64,000 nt of DNA, taken from an uncultured delta proteobacterium. Its GTDB lineage: Bacteria; Desulfobacterota; Binatia; DP-6. The notes under the pieces were generated by a model. That model saw only the letters and a list, made by a program, of their open reading frames with translations. It ran no database searches and was not told the origin of the DNA. The stretch's first letter is position 1. Every line of letters begins with the position of its first letter. The DNA lies in assembly GCA_963815115.1 (NCBI GenBank), contig CAWFFN010000005.1, positions 768,001-832,000 on the forward strand. Direction: 5' to 3'. Shown piece by piece: positions 18,774 to 28,824 of the stretch. The translations under genes were made by a program, and so were the position numbers.

Positions 18774-19978
18774 GCCCGTTTCGCGCGCTGCGCTACGACG
18801 CGGCGCGCGTCGGCGATCTCGGTGCGGTGGTGGCGCCGCCCTACGACGTCATCTCGGGCGCACAGCAGGACGCCCTCTACGCTCGCAGCCCGTGGAACGT
18901 CGTGCGTCTGATCCTGCCGCGCGAGCCCGAGCGCGCGAGGGCCGCGGCGGCGACGCTGCGCGCGTGGATCGAGTCGGGCGTGCTCGCGCTCGATCCCGAG
19001 CCGGCGCTCTACTTCTACTCCCAGGAGTTCTCGCTGAGCGACGGCTCGCGGCACCGCCGCGACGGCGTGCTCTGCCGCCTCGGGCTCGAGGAGTTCGCGA
19101 GCGGCGTCGTGCGTCCCCACGAGCGCACCTTCCCCGGCCCCAAGGCGGACCAGCTCGCGCTGCTGCGCGCGACCGGCGCGTACCTGAGCCCCATCTTCGG
19201 CCTCTACGCGCGCCCAGGAGAGCGGCTCCGGGACGTGGCCGGCATCGACGGAGCGCCGCTCGTCGAGCTCACCGAGGAGCACGGCGAGACCCATCGCCTG
19301 TGGCGCGTCACCGACCCGCACGCCGTGGCGCAGGTCGCGGCGGCGCTGGCGGGGGAGACCATCTTCATCGCCGACGGCCACCACCGCTACGAGACGGCGC
19401 TCGCCTATCGTGCCGAGCGCGGCGCGGCGGGACCGCCGTCGATTCTGGCCTTCATCTCGAACATGGAGGAGCCGGGGCTGGTGGTGCTGCCGACGCACCG
19501 GCTGCTCCGCGTACCGTTGCGCCTCGCGCCCGGCGATCTCGAGGCCAGCCTGCGGCAGTCCTTCGCGGTGGCACCGCTGCCGCCGCAGGGACCGCGCCCG
19601 GCGGGCGCGCTCGACGTGGTGCTGCCCGACCGCCGACTGCGGCTGCACCCGCGGGCCGCGGCGCTGGTCCGCGTTGCCGGGCTGCCGCCCACCATCCGCG
19701 GCCTCGACGTCGCGGTGCTGCACGGCGCGATCCTGGATCCGATCCTCGGGGTCGGGTCCGGGGACCTCGAGTTCACGCACGAGGACAGCGAGGCCTTCGA
19801 GGCCGTGTCGTCCCGCCGTGCCACGGCGGCCTTCCTCCTGAACCCGCCGAGCGTCGCCGCCGTGCGCGCGGTCTGCCTCGCCGGCGAGCTGATGCCCGAG
19901 AAGTCGACCTACTTCTACCCGAAGCTCGCCTCGGGTCTGGTGTTCGATGTGGTCGCGCGCCCCCCGTCTGCCGGGTGA
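18761..19978 (+). CDS. DUF1015 family protein
   Basis: PFRALRY, APPYDVIS, PHERT, IADGHHRYETAL, LPTHR, MPEKSTYFYPK. Confidence 0.9.
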   Translation: MAVVSPFRALRYDAARVGDLGAVVAPPYDVISGAQQDALYARSPWNVVRLILPREPERARAAAATLRAWIESGVLALDPEPALYFYSQEFSLSDGSRHRRDGVLCRLGLEEFASGVVRPHERTFPGPKADQLALLRATGAYLSPIFGLYARPGERLRDVAGIDGAPLVELTEEHGETHRLWRVTDPHAVAQVAAALAGETIFIADGHHRYETALAYRAERGAAGPPSILAFISNMEEPGLVVLPTHRLLRVPLRLAPGDLEASLRQSFAVAPLPPQGPRPAGALDVVLPDRRLRLHPRAAALVRVAGLPPTIRGLDVAVLHGAILDPILGVGSGDLEFTHEDSEAFEAVSSRRATAAFLLNPPSVAAVRAVCLAGELMPEKSTYFYPKLASGLVFDVVARPPSAG

Positions 19979-20008
19979 AACGGGGGCCCCGTTCCCGGGG
20001 CCCCCGTT
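19979..20008. terminator. Perfect hairpin between convergent genes (probable bidirectional terminator)
   Basis: AACGGGGGCCCCG-TTCC-CGGGGCCCCCGTT. Confidence 0.75.
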
Positions 20009-20016
20009 GGTTCGCG

Positions 20017-22926
20017 CTAGAACTCGCGGCAGCTCACGCCCGAGCTCGTCGCCCGGCAGTCCGAGATGTCGTCCGTCCGGTCGATGCCGGTGTCGTGCGA
20101 GACGGTCGCCCGCACCGGGCCCGCGAACGGGCCGACGATCGGCCGCCGCTTCAACTTGATCACGAACTTCCACTGGTTGGGGACGCCGAGCTGCTTGAAC
20201 GTCGCCTGCGAGGCGTGATGGGAATCGGTGCTCTTGCAGCCGATCTTCTTCCCCTTGGCGATGCACGTGGTCCACACGAAGCTCTGGCTGGTGCCGAGGT
20301 TGTCGTTCACCTGGATGCCGATCGGCGCCGAGGTGTTCAGGGCGTCACCCGGCCCGCTGGTGAGGAAGTCGCCCTTCAGGGTGATCGAGCCGTTGGCGCC
20401 GGTCGCGCTGGTGTTCCTCTTGAACTTGGCCTGCGTCAGGTTGATCGCCGCGTCGTTGCCGTCGCAGACGTTGCCCGCGCCGTCGTTGTCGAGGTCCTCC
20501 TGGCCTGGGTTCGCGACCGTGGGGCAGTTGTCGTTGGCACTGCAGATCAGGTCGCCGTCGGGATCGCCACCGCCGCCGTCGACGCAGGTGCCGGCCTGGC
20601 AGGTATCGGAGAGGGTGCAGCTGTCGGGAGCGCCGGCGCAGGCGGTTCCGTTCGGCTTTGGCGTCGTCACGCAGGTCCCGGTCGGCTCGCTGCAGGCCGA
20701 GTTGTTGCACTGGTTCCCGAGGCACGCGACCGGCGTGCCGGTCTGACAGCTGCCGGCGCTGCACGTCTCGCTCCCGTTGCAGGCGAGCCCGTCGCTGCAG
20801 TCGGCAGGCGTGCTGCAGCTGACACACGCCGGGACGGCCGTCGCCACCGGCGCGACCGTGACCGCTCCGGAGATCGTGTCGCAGCCGGCATTGTTCGGTC
20901 CGGCGACGCATCCCCACCAGTTCCCCGTGAACGTCTGGGGGGCAGCCGGGGCCGTGTTCACGAAGCCCGCCGCGTTGCCCTTGATCGAGTTGGAGTTCCC
21001 GCCGACGAGCGGGACGACGCCATCGCCCGTGTCGTCGTCGATCACCTCGATGCCCGCCACGCTCGCCGCCGTGATGTGGTTGCAGGTGAGGGTACCCGCG
21101 GAGTTGCCCGTGTTCCCGCTGAACGACAGCGCGGCCACGCCGAGATTGCCCCCCTGGATGGTGTTGAGGGAGACGGTCGCATTGCCATCGTCGAGCACCA
21201 GGCCCTCGAAGCGGTTGCCGGTGAGCTGGTTCCCGCTGATGCTGGAGGTGCCCGTGTTGTAGACGCCGATGTCGTTCGCGCCGATCGTGTTGCCGGACAC
21301 CGTCGTGCCCGCGCCCGCGGGCAGCAGCAGGATGCCGGCCGATTGCGTGTCGTTGATCGGGTCCGGCCCGCACGTCGTCGGGACGTTGCACTCGTTGCCC
21401 GAGATGTCGTTGTGCACGATGGTCGCCTTGGCGTCGATCACGACCACGCCGTTGGACGCGATCGCCGGCGTCGGGCCGGGGCCGGTGATCGTGTTGTCGT
21501 GTGCGTTCAGGGTGCTCGCGGGATCGCGCACGTCGATGCCGTTCTTCTGGTAGTTCAGGATGCTGCTGCTGCGCACGATGGCCGTTGCGGGCGAGCCCGG
21601 ATCGCCGACCCGGATGGCACGGCCGAACTGGCAGCCGCTGAGCGGCTGGTCGCGGATGTCCGTCACCGACAGGTCGTGGAGATCGGCCGACGCGCCGTTC
21701 ATCACGTGGATGCCGGCATTGATGCTCCCGCAGCCCGAGGGACCCGGGCCCGCAACGGTGAGCGCGCTCATGTCGACCGCGACCGGGCTGCCGACGATCT
21801 GGACGATGTCACCCGCCGCCGGCAGGGTCGGCGGGGCCTGGATGATCGTGGAACCGGCCCCCGCGCCGACGACGGTCAGGTTCTTCGGGATGCTCACCTG
21901 CTCCGGGAACGTCCCGCCCGCGACCTGCACGACGTCGCCGGCGCAGGCGACGTCGACCGCGTGCTGCACGGTCTTGCAGGGTTCCGCGACCACGCGGCAG
22001 TCGTTGAACGTGTCGTCGCCGGTCGTGGCCACGTATCGCGTGGCGGCCATGCACACGGTGCTCGCGTAGCTCACGTCGTCGAAGTAGAAGCCCTGGCCGG
22101 CGATGCCCTCGGCGTCGCCGCCGACGCGGAACAGCAGCGAGTCGACGGTCGGCGGGTTGCTCGGGAAGTCGACGGGCTGGTTGTTCGGGAAGAAGTCCTC
22201 CCACGACGTGATGCGCTGCACCGGTCCGTTGTCGACGCTCACGCGCACGACGTCGTTCGCCTTCCCGTCGTAGAACTCCATCTCCAGGTCGACCCGGTGC
22301 CAGTCCGTGCGGCTGAGATTGGTGGGGCTGAGCACGTGGAAGACGAAGCACTTGCCCTCGCTGTCGGGAGGGTTGTTGATGAGGTCGGTGCACCCGCCGG
22401 GCGGCACGCGGTAGTCGTTGAGGCTCACCGAGAGGCCGACCCGGCCGTCGCCGGGGTCGGTCACGTTGTCGCTCACCTGAATCCAGCTCATGCGCGCGCC
22501 GTCGCCCCGGTCGGCGCTGACCACGACGTGCGAGTCCTGCGCGGAGCCGGTGACGGAGTGGAACCAGAAGGTGGCGGTGAAGCGGGGCCGGAGAACCCCG
22601 CCCGAGAAGCCCCCGGCGATCGCGCCGGGCTCGCCCGCCTCGTCGGTGAGCGACGGCGAGAAGATCTGGTCGCCGAAGGAGCCGCTGGTGAACGAGCTCG
22701 ACTCGCGGAAGCTCCGCGAGCCCGCATGTGCCAGCGCGCCGGTCACTCCCTGGTCGATGGACGAGTTGACGGGGATGCCCGGCGGGGTCTGCCCGCCCCA
22801 GCCGTCCTGCCCGTCGATGGAGCCGACGTTGTAAGCCGGTGATTCGAAGTCCACGGAGATGGAATCCGCTCTGGCCGACCCGATGCCGGCCAGGAGCGCA
22901 GCGCCTACGATCAACGCGGTTCGCAT
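20017..22926 (-). CDS. Large secreted protein: beta-sandwich N-domain, parallel beta-helix, Cys-rich repeats, thrombospondin-3-like Ca-binding repeats
   Basis: GGAGG SD; signal peptide MRTALIVGAALLAGIGSARA; PCKTVQHAVD...GTFPEQV and N/I/G-rich beta-helix repeats; CSDGLACNGSETC; DNCPTVANPGQEDLDNDGAGNVCD. Confidence 0.8.
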   Translation of the reverse strand: MRTALIVGAALLAGIGSARADSISVDFESPAYNVGSIDGQDGWGGQTPPGIPVNSSIDQGVTGALAHAGSRSFRESSSFTSGSFGDQIFSPSLTDEAGEPGAIAGGFSGGVLRPRFTATFWFHSVTGSAQDSHVVVSADRGDGARMSWIQVSDNVTDPGDGRVGLSVSLNDYRVPPGGCTDLINNPPDSEGKCFVFHVLSPTNLSRTDWHRVDLEMEFYDGKANDVVRVSVDNGPVQRITSWEDFFPNNQPVDFPSNPPTVDSLLFRVGGDAEGIAGQGFYFDDVSYASTVCMAATRYVATTGDDTFNDCRVVAEPCKTVQHAVDVACAGDVVQVAGGTFPEQVSIPKNLTVVGAGAGSTIIQAPPTLPAAGDIVQIVGSPVAVDMSALTVAGPGPSGCGSINAGIHVMNGASADLHDLSVTDIRDQPLSGCQFGRAIRVGDPGSPATAIVRSSSILNYQKNGIDVRDPASTLNAHDNTITGPGPTPAIASNGVVVIDAKATIVHNDISGNECNVPTTCGPDPINDTQSAGILLLPAGAGTTVSGNTIGANDIGVYNTGTSSISGNQLTGNRFEGLVLDDGNATVSLNTIQGGNLGVAALSFSGNTGNSAGTLTCNHITAASVAGIEVIDDDTGDGVVPLVGGNSNSIKGNAAGFVNTAPAAPQTFTGNWWGCVAGPNNAGCDTISGAVTVAPVATAVPACVSCSTPADCSDGLACNGSETCSAGSCQTGTPVACLGNQCNNSACSEPTGTCVTTPKPNGTACAGAPDSCTLSDTCQAGTCVDGGGGDPDGDLICSANDNCPTVANPGQEDLDNDGAGNVCDGNDAAINLTQAKFKRNTSATGANGSITLKGDFLTSGPGDALNTSAPIGIQVNDNLGTSQSFVWTTCIAKGKKIGCKSTDSHHASQATFKQLGVPNQWKFVIKLKRRPIVGPFAGPVRATVSHDTGIDRTDDISDCRATSSGVSCREF

Positions 22927-23089
22927 GAGCCCTCCTGCGAGACTAGATAGGGAACGTGAGCGGTGAGGGACTAACTGAAGCTCTGCGTACAAGTCAAGGG
23001 AATCGAGGAGGTGGCATGACCGCTCGTTGCGATGAGCCGATCGGAGCCGTGGAACCCAGCTGCGGCCGTCGCCGGAGGGACGGCGGCCA

Positions 23090-23745
23090 CTCGGCTGCGA
23101 ATCCACGGCCGCGCGGGCTGCCCAGGGCCTTCGCCTGCGTCGCGCGAGGCGATGCGGTGGAGGCGCCCTGCGGGCTGAGCGACATGGCCGCGGATACCGC
23201 CGGGTTGCTCGCCGTGCTCGACATCGATGCGGTGCACATCGTGGGCGCGCCGCTGGACGGCACGATCGCGCAGACGCTCGCCAGCGAGATCCCGCGCGCG
23301 TGCCCGGCCTCACCTCGATCATGTCGACGACCGGGGAGCGGGGTCTGCCCGGCGCCACGCCCGGGGCGGCGGCGCTGCTCATACCGGTGCCGTCCGATCG
23401 CGAGGGGAAACATCGCGCGCGGCGTCCAGGTGTTCCGAGCGAATGGGCGGCCCGGGCTTTCCGTTCGACGAGCGCGGGTACGTGATCGCGCCGCCCGGGC
23501 CTGGAACCGCTGCTTCCATCCCGCCGGCACCGCTCGCCAGATCATGGCGATCCTCGCTGCGCCCAGCCGGCGCGAGGCGCTGCGTCGCGTGCGCGTGCCG
23601 TCGCTCGTGATTCACGGCGTCGACGATCCCCTGGTGCCGCTCGCGTGCGGGGTCGACACGGCCGACGCCATCCCGGGGGCGGAGCGGCTGGTCATCGAGG
23701 GCATGAGGCACGACCTGTCGCGGGCAACGCGGCCGCTCGCTTGCC
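23090..23745 (+). pseudogene. Degraded alpha/beta hydrolase (multiple frameshifts)
   Basis: Fragments in three frames: LSDMAADTAGLL..LDIDAVHIVG; LTSIMSTTG; PGFPFDE; GTARQIMAI...PSLVIHGVDDPLVP...IPGAERLVIEGMRHDL. The nucleophile motif has decayed. Confidence 0.75.
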
Positions 23746-23776
23746 GCTCCGCCTGCAACCTGCAATCAGGCTGCTC

Positions 23777-24721
23777 ATGCGCACGACGCCCGAACAGGAC
23801 GCCGAGATCTCCGCCGCCCGCACGGCGTGCACCGAGACCCGCCGTCCCACCGTCCCGGCGCTGGAGGAGCTGCTCTACCAGGTGTTGCCGGTGCTCGATC
23901 ACGGCTTCGTGCGCGTCGTCGACTACATGGGCGACGACGCGGCGATCGTGCAGGCTGCGCGCGTGTCGTACGGCAGGGGGACCAGGCGGGTCAACGAGGA
24001 CCGCGGCCTGATCCGCTACCTCATGCGCCACCAGCACACCACGCCATTCGAGATGTGCGAGCTGAAGCTGCACTGCAAGCTGCCGATCTTCGTCGCGCGC
24101 CAGTGGATCCGGCACCGGACGGCGAACGTGAACGAATACTCGGGGCGCTATTCGATCCTCGACCGGGAGTTCTACCTGCCGCCGGCCGACGCGCTGTGCG
24201 TGCAGTCGACCGGCAACCGCCAGGGGCGCGGCGAGAGCCTCGAGGCCGAGCGGGCAGCGGCCGTCCTCCAGCTCCTCAGGGACGACGCCATCCGGTGCTA
24301 CGACCACTATCAGGAGATGCTGAACGAGGACGACGCCGGCCGGCCCCTGCGGCCGGGAGCGCCTTCGCTGGCGCGCGAGCTGGCCCGGATCAACCTGACG
24401 CTCGGCTTCTACACGCAGTGGTACTGGAAGACCGACCTGCACAACCTGCTCCACTTCCTCCTGCTGCGTGGCGACGCCCACGCCCAGGAGGAGATCCGGG
24501 CGTACGCGCGGTCGATCGGCGACGTCGCGCGCCGCTGGGTGCCGCTGGCCTGGGAGGCGTTCGTCGACTACCGCCTCGAGGCCATGACGCTGTCACGCGC
24601 CGAGCGCGAGGCGGTCCGGGGTCTGCTCGCCGGCGAGCGGCCCGATCTCGCCGCGCTCGGGCTTTCCAAGCGTGAGCAGGACGAGTTGCACGCCAAGCTC
24701 GGTCCCCATGGTCTGCGGTGA
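23777..24721 (+). CDS. thyX: FAD-dependent thymidylate synthase
   Basis: VLDHGFVRVVDYMG, AARVSYG, HTTPFE, FVARQWIRHRTANVNEYSGRYS, ELARINL, HAQEEIR. Confidence 0.97.
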   Translation: MRTTPEQDAEISAARTACTETRRPTVPALEELLYQVLPVLDHGFVRVVDYMGDDAAIVQAARVSYGRGTRRVNEDRGLIRYLMRHQHTTPFEMCELKLHCKLPIFVARQWIRHRTANVNEYSGRYSILDREFYLPPADALCVQSTGNRQGRGESLEAERAAAVLQLLRDDAIRCYDHYQEMLNEDDAGRPLRPGAPSLARELARINLTLGFYTQWYWKTDLHNLLHFLLLRGDAHAQEEIRAYARSIGDVARRWVPLAWEAFVDYRLEAMTLSRAEREAVRGLLAGERPDLAALGLSKREQDELHAKLGPHGLR

Positions 24722-25089
24722 CCGCGCTGGATGTCCCGAAGGTCGTGCAGCGGGGCGTCCGGCTGTTCAATCGGGGTCGCTACCTCGATGCGCAGGCGTT
24801 GTGGGAGGACGCCTGGCGCGCGGCACCGACCGAGGCGCGCGGGTTCCTCGAGGCGCTGGTTCAGCTCGCCGGCGGCCTCCACCTCCGCACGCGACGGGGC
24901 GGCATGCGCGGCGCCGAGCATCTGATGTCGCAGGCCCTGGTCACGCTCGAGGACTACCGGCCGGCGGCGCACGGCCTCGACGTCGACGCCCTGCTGACGG
25001 AGTTCGGCGCCTACGTCGACTGGATCCGCTCCATACGCCGGCCGCATCGCTTGACGGACGCGCTGCGCGTCCCGAGGCTCCGGAGCTGA
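24718..25089 (+). CDS. DUF309-like protein
   Basis: GVRLFNRGRYLDAQALWEDAW...FLEALVQLA; GTGA overlap with thyX. Confidence 0.75.
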   Translation: MTALDVPKVVQRGVRLFNRGRYLDAQALWEDAWRAAPTEARGFLEALVQLAGGLHLRTRRGGMRGAEHLMSQALVTLEDYRPAAHGLDVDALLTEFGAYVDWIRSIRRPHRLTDALRVPRLRS

Positions 25090-25093
25090 GGCG

Positions 25094-25978
25094 ATGGCCG
25101 AGCACACCCTCGAGCAGGTGCGTGCGGGCCTGCGCCAGGCGCGTTACATCACCACGCCGCGGGTCGAGACCGCGCTCTTCCTCTCCCTCACGCTCGAGAA
25201 GCCGCTGCTCGCCGAGGGCCCCGCGGGCGCCGGCAAGACCGAGCTGGGCAAGGTGCTCGCCGGCATGCTCGGCACCGACCTGCTGCGGCTCCAGTGCTAC
25301 GAGGGTCTGGACGAATCGCGCGCGCTCTTCGAGTGGAACTACCAGAAGCAGCTGCTGCGCATCCAGGCCGATCACGGCGAGGGCCGGCACTGGGAGGACG
25401 TCGCGCACGACGTCTTCTCGCACGACTTCCTGCTCGAGCGTCCGCTGCTGCGCGCCATCACCTCGCCGCGCAAGGTCGTGCTGCTGATCGACGAGATCGA
25501 CAAGGCCGATCCCGAGTTCGAGGCCTTCCTGCTCGAGGTGCTGAGCGACTTCCAGGTCTCGGTGCCGGAGCTGGGCACGCTCACGGCGCGCCACCGTCCC
25601 GTCGTGGTGCTGACCTCGAACCGGACGCGCGACCTCTCGGAGGCATTGCTGCGCCGCTGCCTGCACCTCTTCGTCGACTTCCCCGGCCCCGAGAAGGAGG
25701 CCGAGATCATCGGCCTGAAGGTGCCCGACCTCGACGCGCGCCTCGGCGCCCAGATCGCGCGCTTCGTTGCCGGGCTCCGGCGCCTCGAGCTGCGCAAGGC
25801 GCCGAGCATCGCCGAGACGCTGGACTGGGCGCGCGGGCTGTGCGCGCTCGGGGTGCGGGAGCTGGACGCCGCGACGGTCCGCCAGACGCTGTCCCTGGTG
25901 CTGAAGCACGAGGACGACCTGCGCAAGGCGGAGGCCAAGGTGGGCTCGCTGATCTCGGCGGGCGCCGGCCGCGGCTGA
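25094..25978 (+). CDS. MoxR family AAA+ ATPase (CoxD-like)
   Basis: EGPAGAGKT, RLQCYEGLDE, EWNYQKQLL, LLIDEIDKAD, LTSNRTR. Confidence 0.92.
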   Translation: MAEHTLEQVRAGLRQARYITTPRVETALFLSLTLEKPLLAEGPAGAGKTELGKVLAGMLGTDLLRLQCYEGLDESRALFEWNYQKQLLRIQADHGEGRHWEDVAHDVFSHDFLLERPLLRAITSPRKVVLLIDEIDKADPEFEAFLLEVLSDFQVSVPELGTLTARHRPVVVLTSNRTRDLSEALLRRCLHLFVDFPGPEKEAEIIGLKVPDLDARLGAQIARFVAGLRRLELRKAPSIAETLDWARGLCALGVRELDAATVRQTLSLVLKHEDDLRKAEAKVGSLISAGAGRG

Positions 25979-25980
25979 CC

Positions 25981-27123
25981 ATGCGCGCCCGGCTGCTCGC
26001 CTTCGCGCAGGCGCTGCGCGCACACGAAATCGAGGTGTCGGTCGCCGAGACGATGGACGCCGTGGCCGCGGTCGCGGCCGCCGGAGTGGAGCGCGAGACA
26101 CTGCGCGAGGCGCTCGCCGCCACGCTGGTGAAGGACGAGCGCGACCGGCCGCTGTTCGACCGCCTCTTCGAGGCGGCCTTTCCCCTGGCGGGCGACGGAG
26201 AGAAAGGCCGCACCCGGCGGCGCGCAGCCGGTGGCCTCGGCGTGCCCGGCGCGGGTCGCAGCACCGGGTCGCAGCCGGGTGGATCGGGTGGCCGGCCGCG
26301 TGGGATGCCCGACGAGAAGCGTGAGTCCGGCCGGGCGGCCGGCGCGCTCGTCCCGCGAGAGGAGATGCCCGGCGCGGCGGAAGGACGCGACGACCGCGGT
26401 CGCACTGCCAGGCGGCGAGCCTTGCTCGAGCAGCCGCTCGAGCTGCTGACTGCCCGCGACGTCGCGGAGGCTCGTGACCTGGTGCGCGAGCTCGGCGCCC
26501 GGCTGCGAGGCCGGCTCGCCCGGCGCGAGCGTGCGCTGCGCCGGGGCCGCCTCGACCTGCGCCGGACCCTGCGCGCCGCCGTCGGGAGCGGGGGCGTGCC
26601 GCTGCGGCTGCGCCGCCGGGCGCGCCGGCCGGGCCGCCCCGACCTGGTGGCGCTGTGCGATCTCTCGGGGTCGGTGGCCGCCGCCAGCGAGCTGCTCCTC
26701 GGGCTGGTCGCGCCGGCGGCGCGCTACTTCCGCCGCGTGCACCTCTTCGGGTACGTCGACCGGCTGTGCGCCGTGTCGATCGAGCAGGGGCACGTCGCGC
26801 CGGCCGGCCCGCTCGATCTCCATGCGCGCTCGGACTTCGGTCGCGTCCTCGCCGACCTCTGGCAGCGCGAGCGCGCCGTGCTCGGCCGCGGCACCCTCGT
26901 GCTCGTCCTGGGCGACGCGCGCAACAATCGCCTGCCGCCCCGTGCCGACCTCTTGCGTGCGGTGCGCGAGCGCGTGCAGCGCCTCCTCTGGCTCAACCCC
27001 GAGCCGCGCGTGCGCTGGGACACCGGCGACAGCGTGCTCCGCCTCTACGCCACGAGCTGCGACGCGGTGCTCGAGTGCCTCACACTCGGCGCCCTCGTCG
27101 CGGCCGTGCGCCGGGCGATCTGA
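25981..27123 (+). CDS. VWA domain protein (CoxE-like)
   Basis: GRLDLRRTLR, LCDLSGS (MIDAS), SDFGRVL, LGDARNN, WLNPEP..W.TGDS. Confidence 0.9.
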   Translation: MRARLLAFAQALRAHEIEVSVAETMDAVAAVAAAGVERETLREALAATLVKDERDRPLFDRLFEAAFPLAGDGEKGRTRRRAAGGLGVPGAGRSTGSQPGGSGGRPRGMPDEKRESGRAAGALVPREEMPGAAEGRDDRGRTARRRALLEQPLELLTARDVAEARDLVRELGARLRGRLARRERALRRGRLDLRRTLRAAVGSGGVPLRLRRRARRPGRPDLVALCDLSGSVAAASELLLGLVAPAARYFRRVHLFGYVDRLCAVSIEQGHVAPAGPLDLHARSDFGRVLADLWQRERAVLGRGTLVLVLGDARNNRLPPRADLLRAVRERVQRLLWLNPEPRVRWDTGDSVLRLYATSCDAVLECLTLGALVAAVRRAI

Positions 27124-27146
27124 TCGCGTAGGATCGGCGTCGCATG
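27023..27146 (+). repeat. Direct repeat, left copy (VWA 3' end, -10 element and ATG)
   Basis: CCGGCGACAGCGTGCTCCGCCTC...GCGATCTGATCGCGTAGGATCGGCGTCGCATG aligns with 36629-36754; the first ~52 nt differ at only 2 positions. Confidence 0.9.
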
Positions 27147-27240
27147 CGCAGAGAGATGACGGGCTGAGCGGCACCATTCTGCAGCCGACCTCTACACAGT
27201 CCCTGCGGTTTCAACGGGCCTTTTCGGCCCGGGCGAGCCC

Positions 27241-27378
27241 TGGGGGACGGATGCGACGTGCTTCTGGGCGGCGCGCGCCGGCTGGTGCGGGTTCTTCGGC
27301 GCGATCGAGCACGGCACGGACGAAGTCGTGGGGTGGAAGGCGACGAAGGTCCGGGCGAAGATGCGCGCGGCAGCGTGA
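27241..27378 (+). pseudogene. IS3-like transposase (rve core) remnant
   Basis: Hand translation WGTDATCFWAARAGWCGFFGAIEHGTDEVVGWKATKV matches the W-x-T-D...W..F..ID....VVGW pattern at the start of DDE integrase cores. Confidence 0.65.
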
Positions 27379-28574
27379 CTAGGACGGGACAATGTCCAGA
27401 GAACCCGGACCGGTACAGGTCATTCCTGGCCGGATTCTCCCGGGTCACGTCGGGGCGCGACGTCATCCCGGAGATCGACGGCCTGCGGTTCATCGCCATT
27501 GCGGGCGTGATCGCGCACCACGTCGTCCTATACGCATCTGAGAGCTACGTGGGGGTGCCCGGATCGGCAGAGGTGACGCGATGGGCCCACGCCGGCGCGT
27601 TCGGCGTTCAGCTCTTCTTCGTGATCAGCGGCATGGTGCTCGGCCTGCCGTTCGCGCGCCAGTACATCCAGAGGGGGCCCCCGGTCCGGGTCGGCGCATA
27701 CTTCAAGCGGCGTCTCACTCGCCTCGAGCCTCCGTATCTCGTCAGCCTCGTCACGATCTACCTCGTGAAGGTCGGCGGAAACCTGTCAAGGGCTCGGGCC
27801 CTCGCTCCGAACCTCGTGGCCAGCATGGGATACGTACACGACTTTGTCTACAACCACGACAGCTACATCAGCGGCGTTGCGTGGTCGCTCGAGGTCGAGT
27901 TTCAATTCTACCTGCTCGCGCCGCTCCTTGCGCTCGTCTACCGCCTTCCATCCGTCTCGTCGCGGCGCCTCACACTCATCGCGATGGCGGTCGGTCTCGT
28001 CGCGTTCGTGAGCTGGAATCCCGGCGGTTTCGTTGACAGGTTCCATCTGGGACGATCGATTCTGGTGAACGGCCAGTACTTCTTCGCCGGGATGCTTCTC
28101 GCTGACTGGTACATCGCGTGGCGGGATCCCGGCCCGGAGCACGGCCACCGCGGCTTCGACATCGTGTGCCTGCTCGCGTTTCTCGTGATCTTCGTCAGCA
28201 TCGACCAGTGGCCACGGGAGTATGCGGTCGCAGAGGTGCTGCGCGCCGGCCTGATCGTCCTGTGCTATTGGGCCGTCTTCCACGCGCGCGCGACCCGCTC
28301 GTTCTTTCGAATCCCGACGATCGTCGTCATCGGCGGCATGTGCTACTCCATTTACCTGACGCATAACGCCGTCATCTACCTTGTTGCTCATGTCCTCGTA
28401 GGAATGCCGCATCCCACACTCCAGTGGATAGGACTTGCGGTGCTCGGTCCGCTTGCTTCACTGGTCGTTGGCGCCGGCTTCTTCCGCATGGTCGAGCGAC
28501 CGACGATGCAACGCGACTGGCCGCAGCGGTTGCGCCGGCTCCTGTTCGCCCCGCGCAAGCTAGCGGGAGCGTGA
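27375..28574 (+). CDS. Acyltransferase family 3 (OafA/YrhL-like O-acetyltransferase)
   Basis: IDGLRFIAI, GVQLFFVISG, YFKRRLTRLEPPY, WSLEVEFQFY, IGGMCYSIYLTH, VERP; about 10 TM helices; start approximate. Confidence 0.9.
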   Translation: MTRTGQCPENPDRYRSFLAGFSRVTSGRDVIPEIDGLRFIAIAGVIAHHVVLYASESYVGVPGSAEVTRWAHAGAFGVQLFFVISGMVLGLPFARQYIQRGPPVRVGAYFKRRLTRLEPPYLVSLVTIYLVKVGGNLSRARALAPNLVASMGYVHDFVYNHDSYISGVAWSLEVEFQFYLLAPLLALVYRLPSVSSRRLTLIAMAVGLVAFVSWNPGGFVDRFHLGRSILVNGQYFFAGMLLADWYIAWRDPGPEHGHRGFDIVCLLAFLVIFVSIDQWPREYAVAEVLRAGLIVLCYWAVFHARATRSFFRIPTIVVIGGMCYSIYLTHNAVIYLVAHVLVGMPHPTLQWIGLAVLGPLASLVVGAGFFRMVERPTMQRDWPQRLRRLLFAPRKLAGA

Positions 28575-28824
28575 CTGGCCAGCCGCGGCTGCCGGCGGCC
28601 TCACAGAGGACAGGGGAACTTCACGCGCGCAGCGCTGCCAGGGGCTCCGCTCCGCGTCGTCCCGCGGTCGTGAGCAGGCGCGGAACTCCGGATGGCGTGC
28701 GAGACGCAAGGGCCGGCCACGATCTCGGCCGGATCGTCGATCTGAAAGACGCGTCGGCGTCGTGGAGCATCTTGCGGAATGCTCAGTCCCGTCGTGGGAT
28801 CGGTGGTGCGTGCCGCGGGATGGC

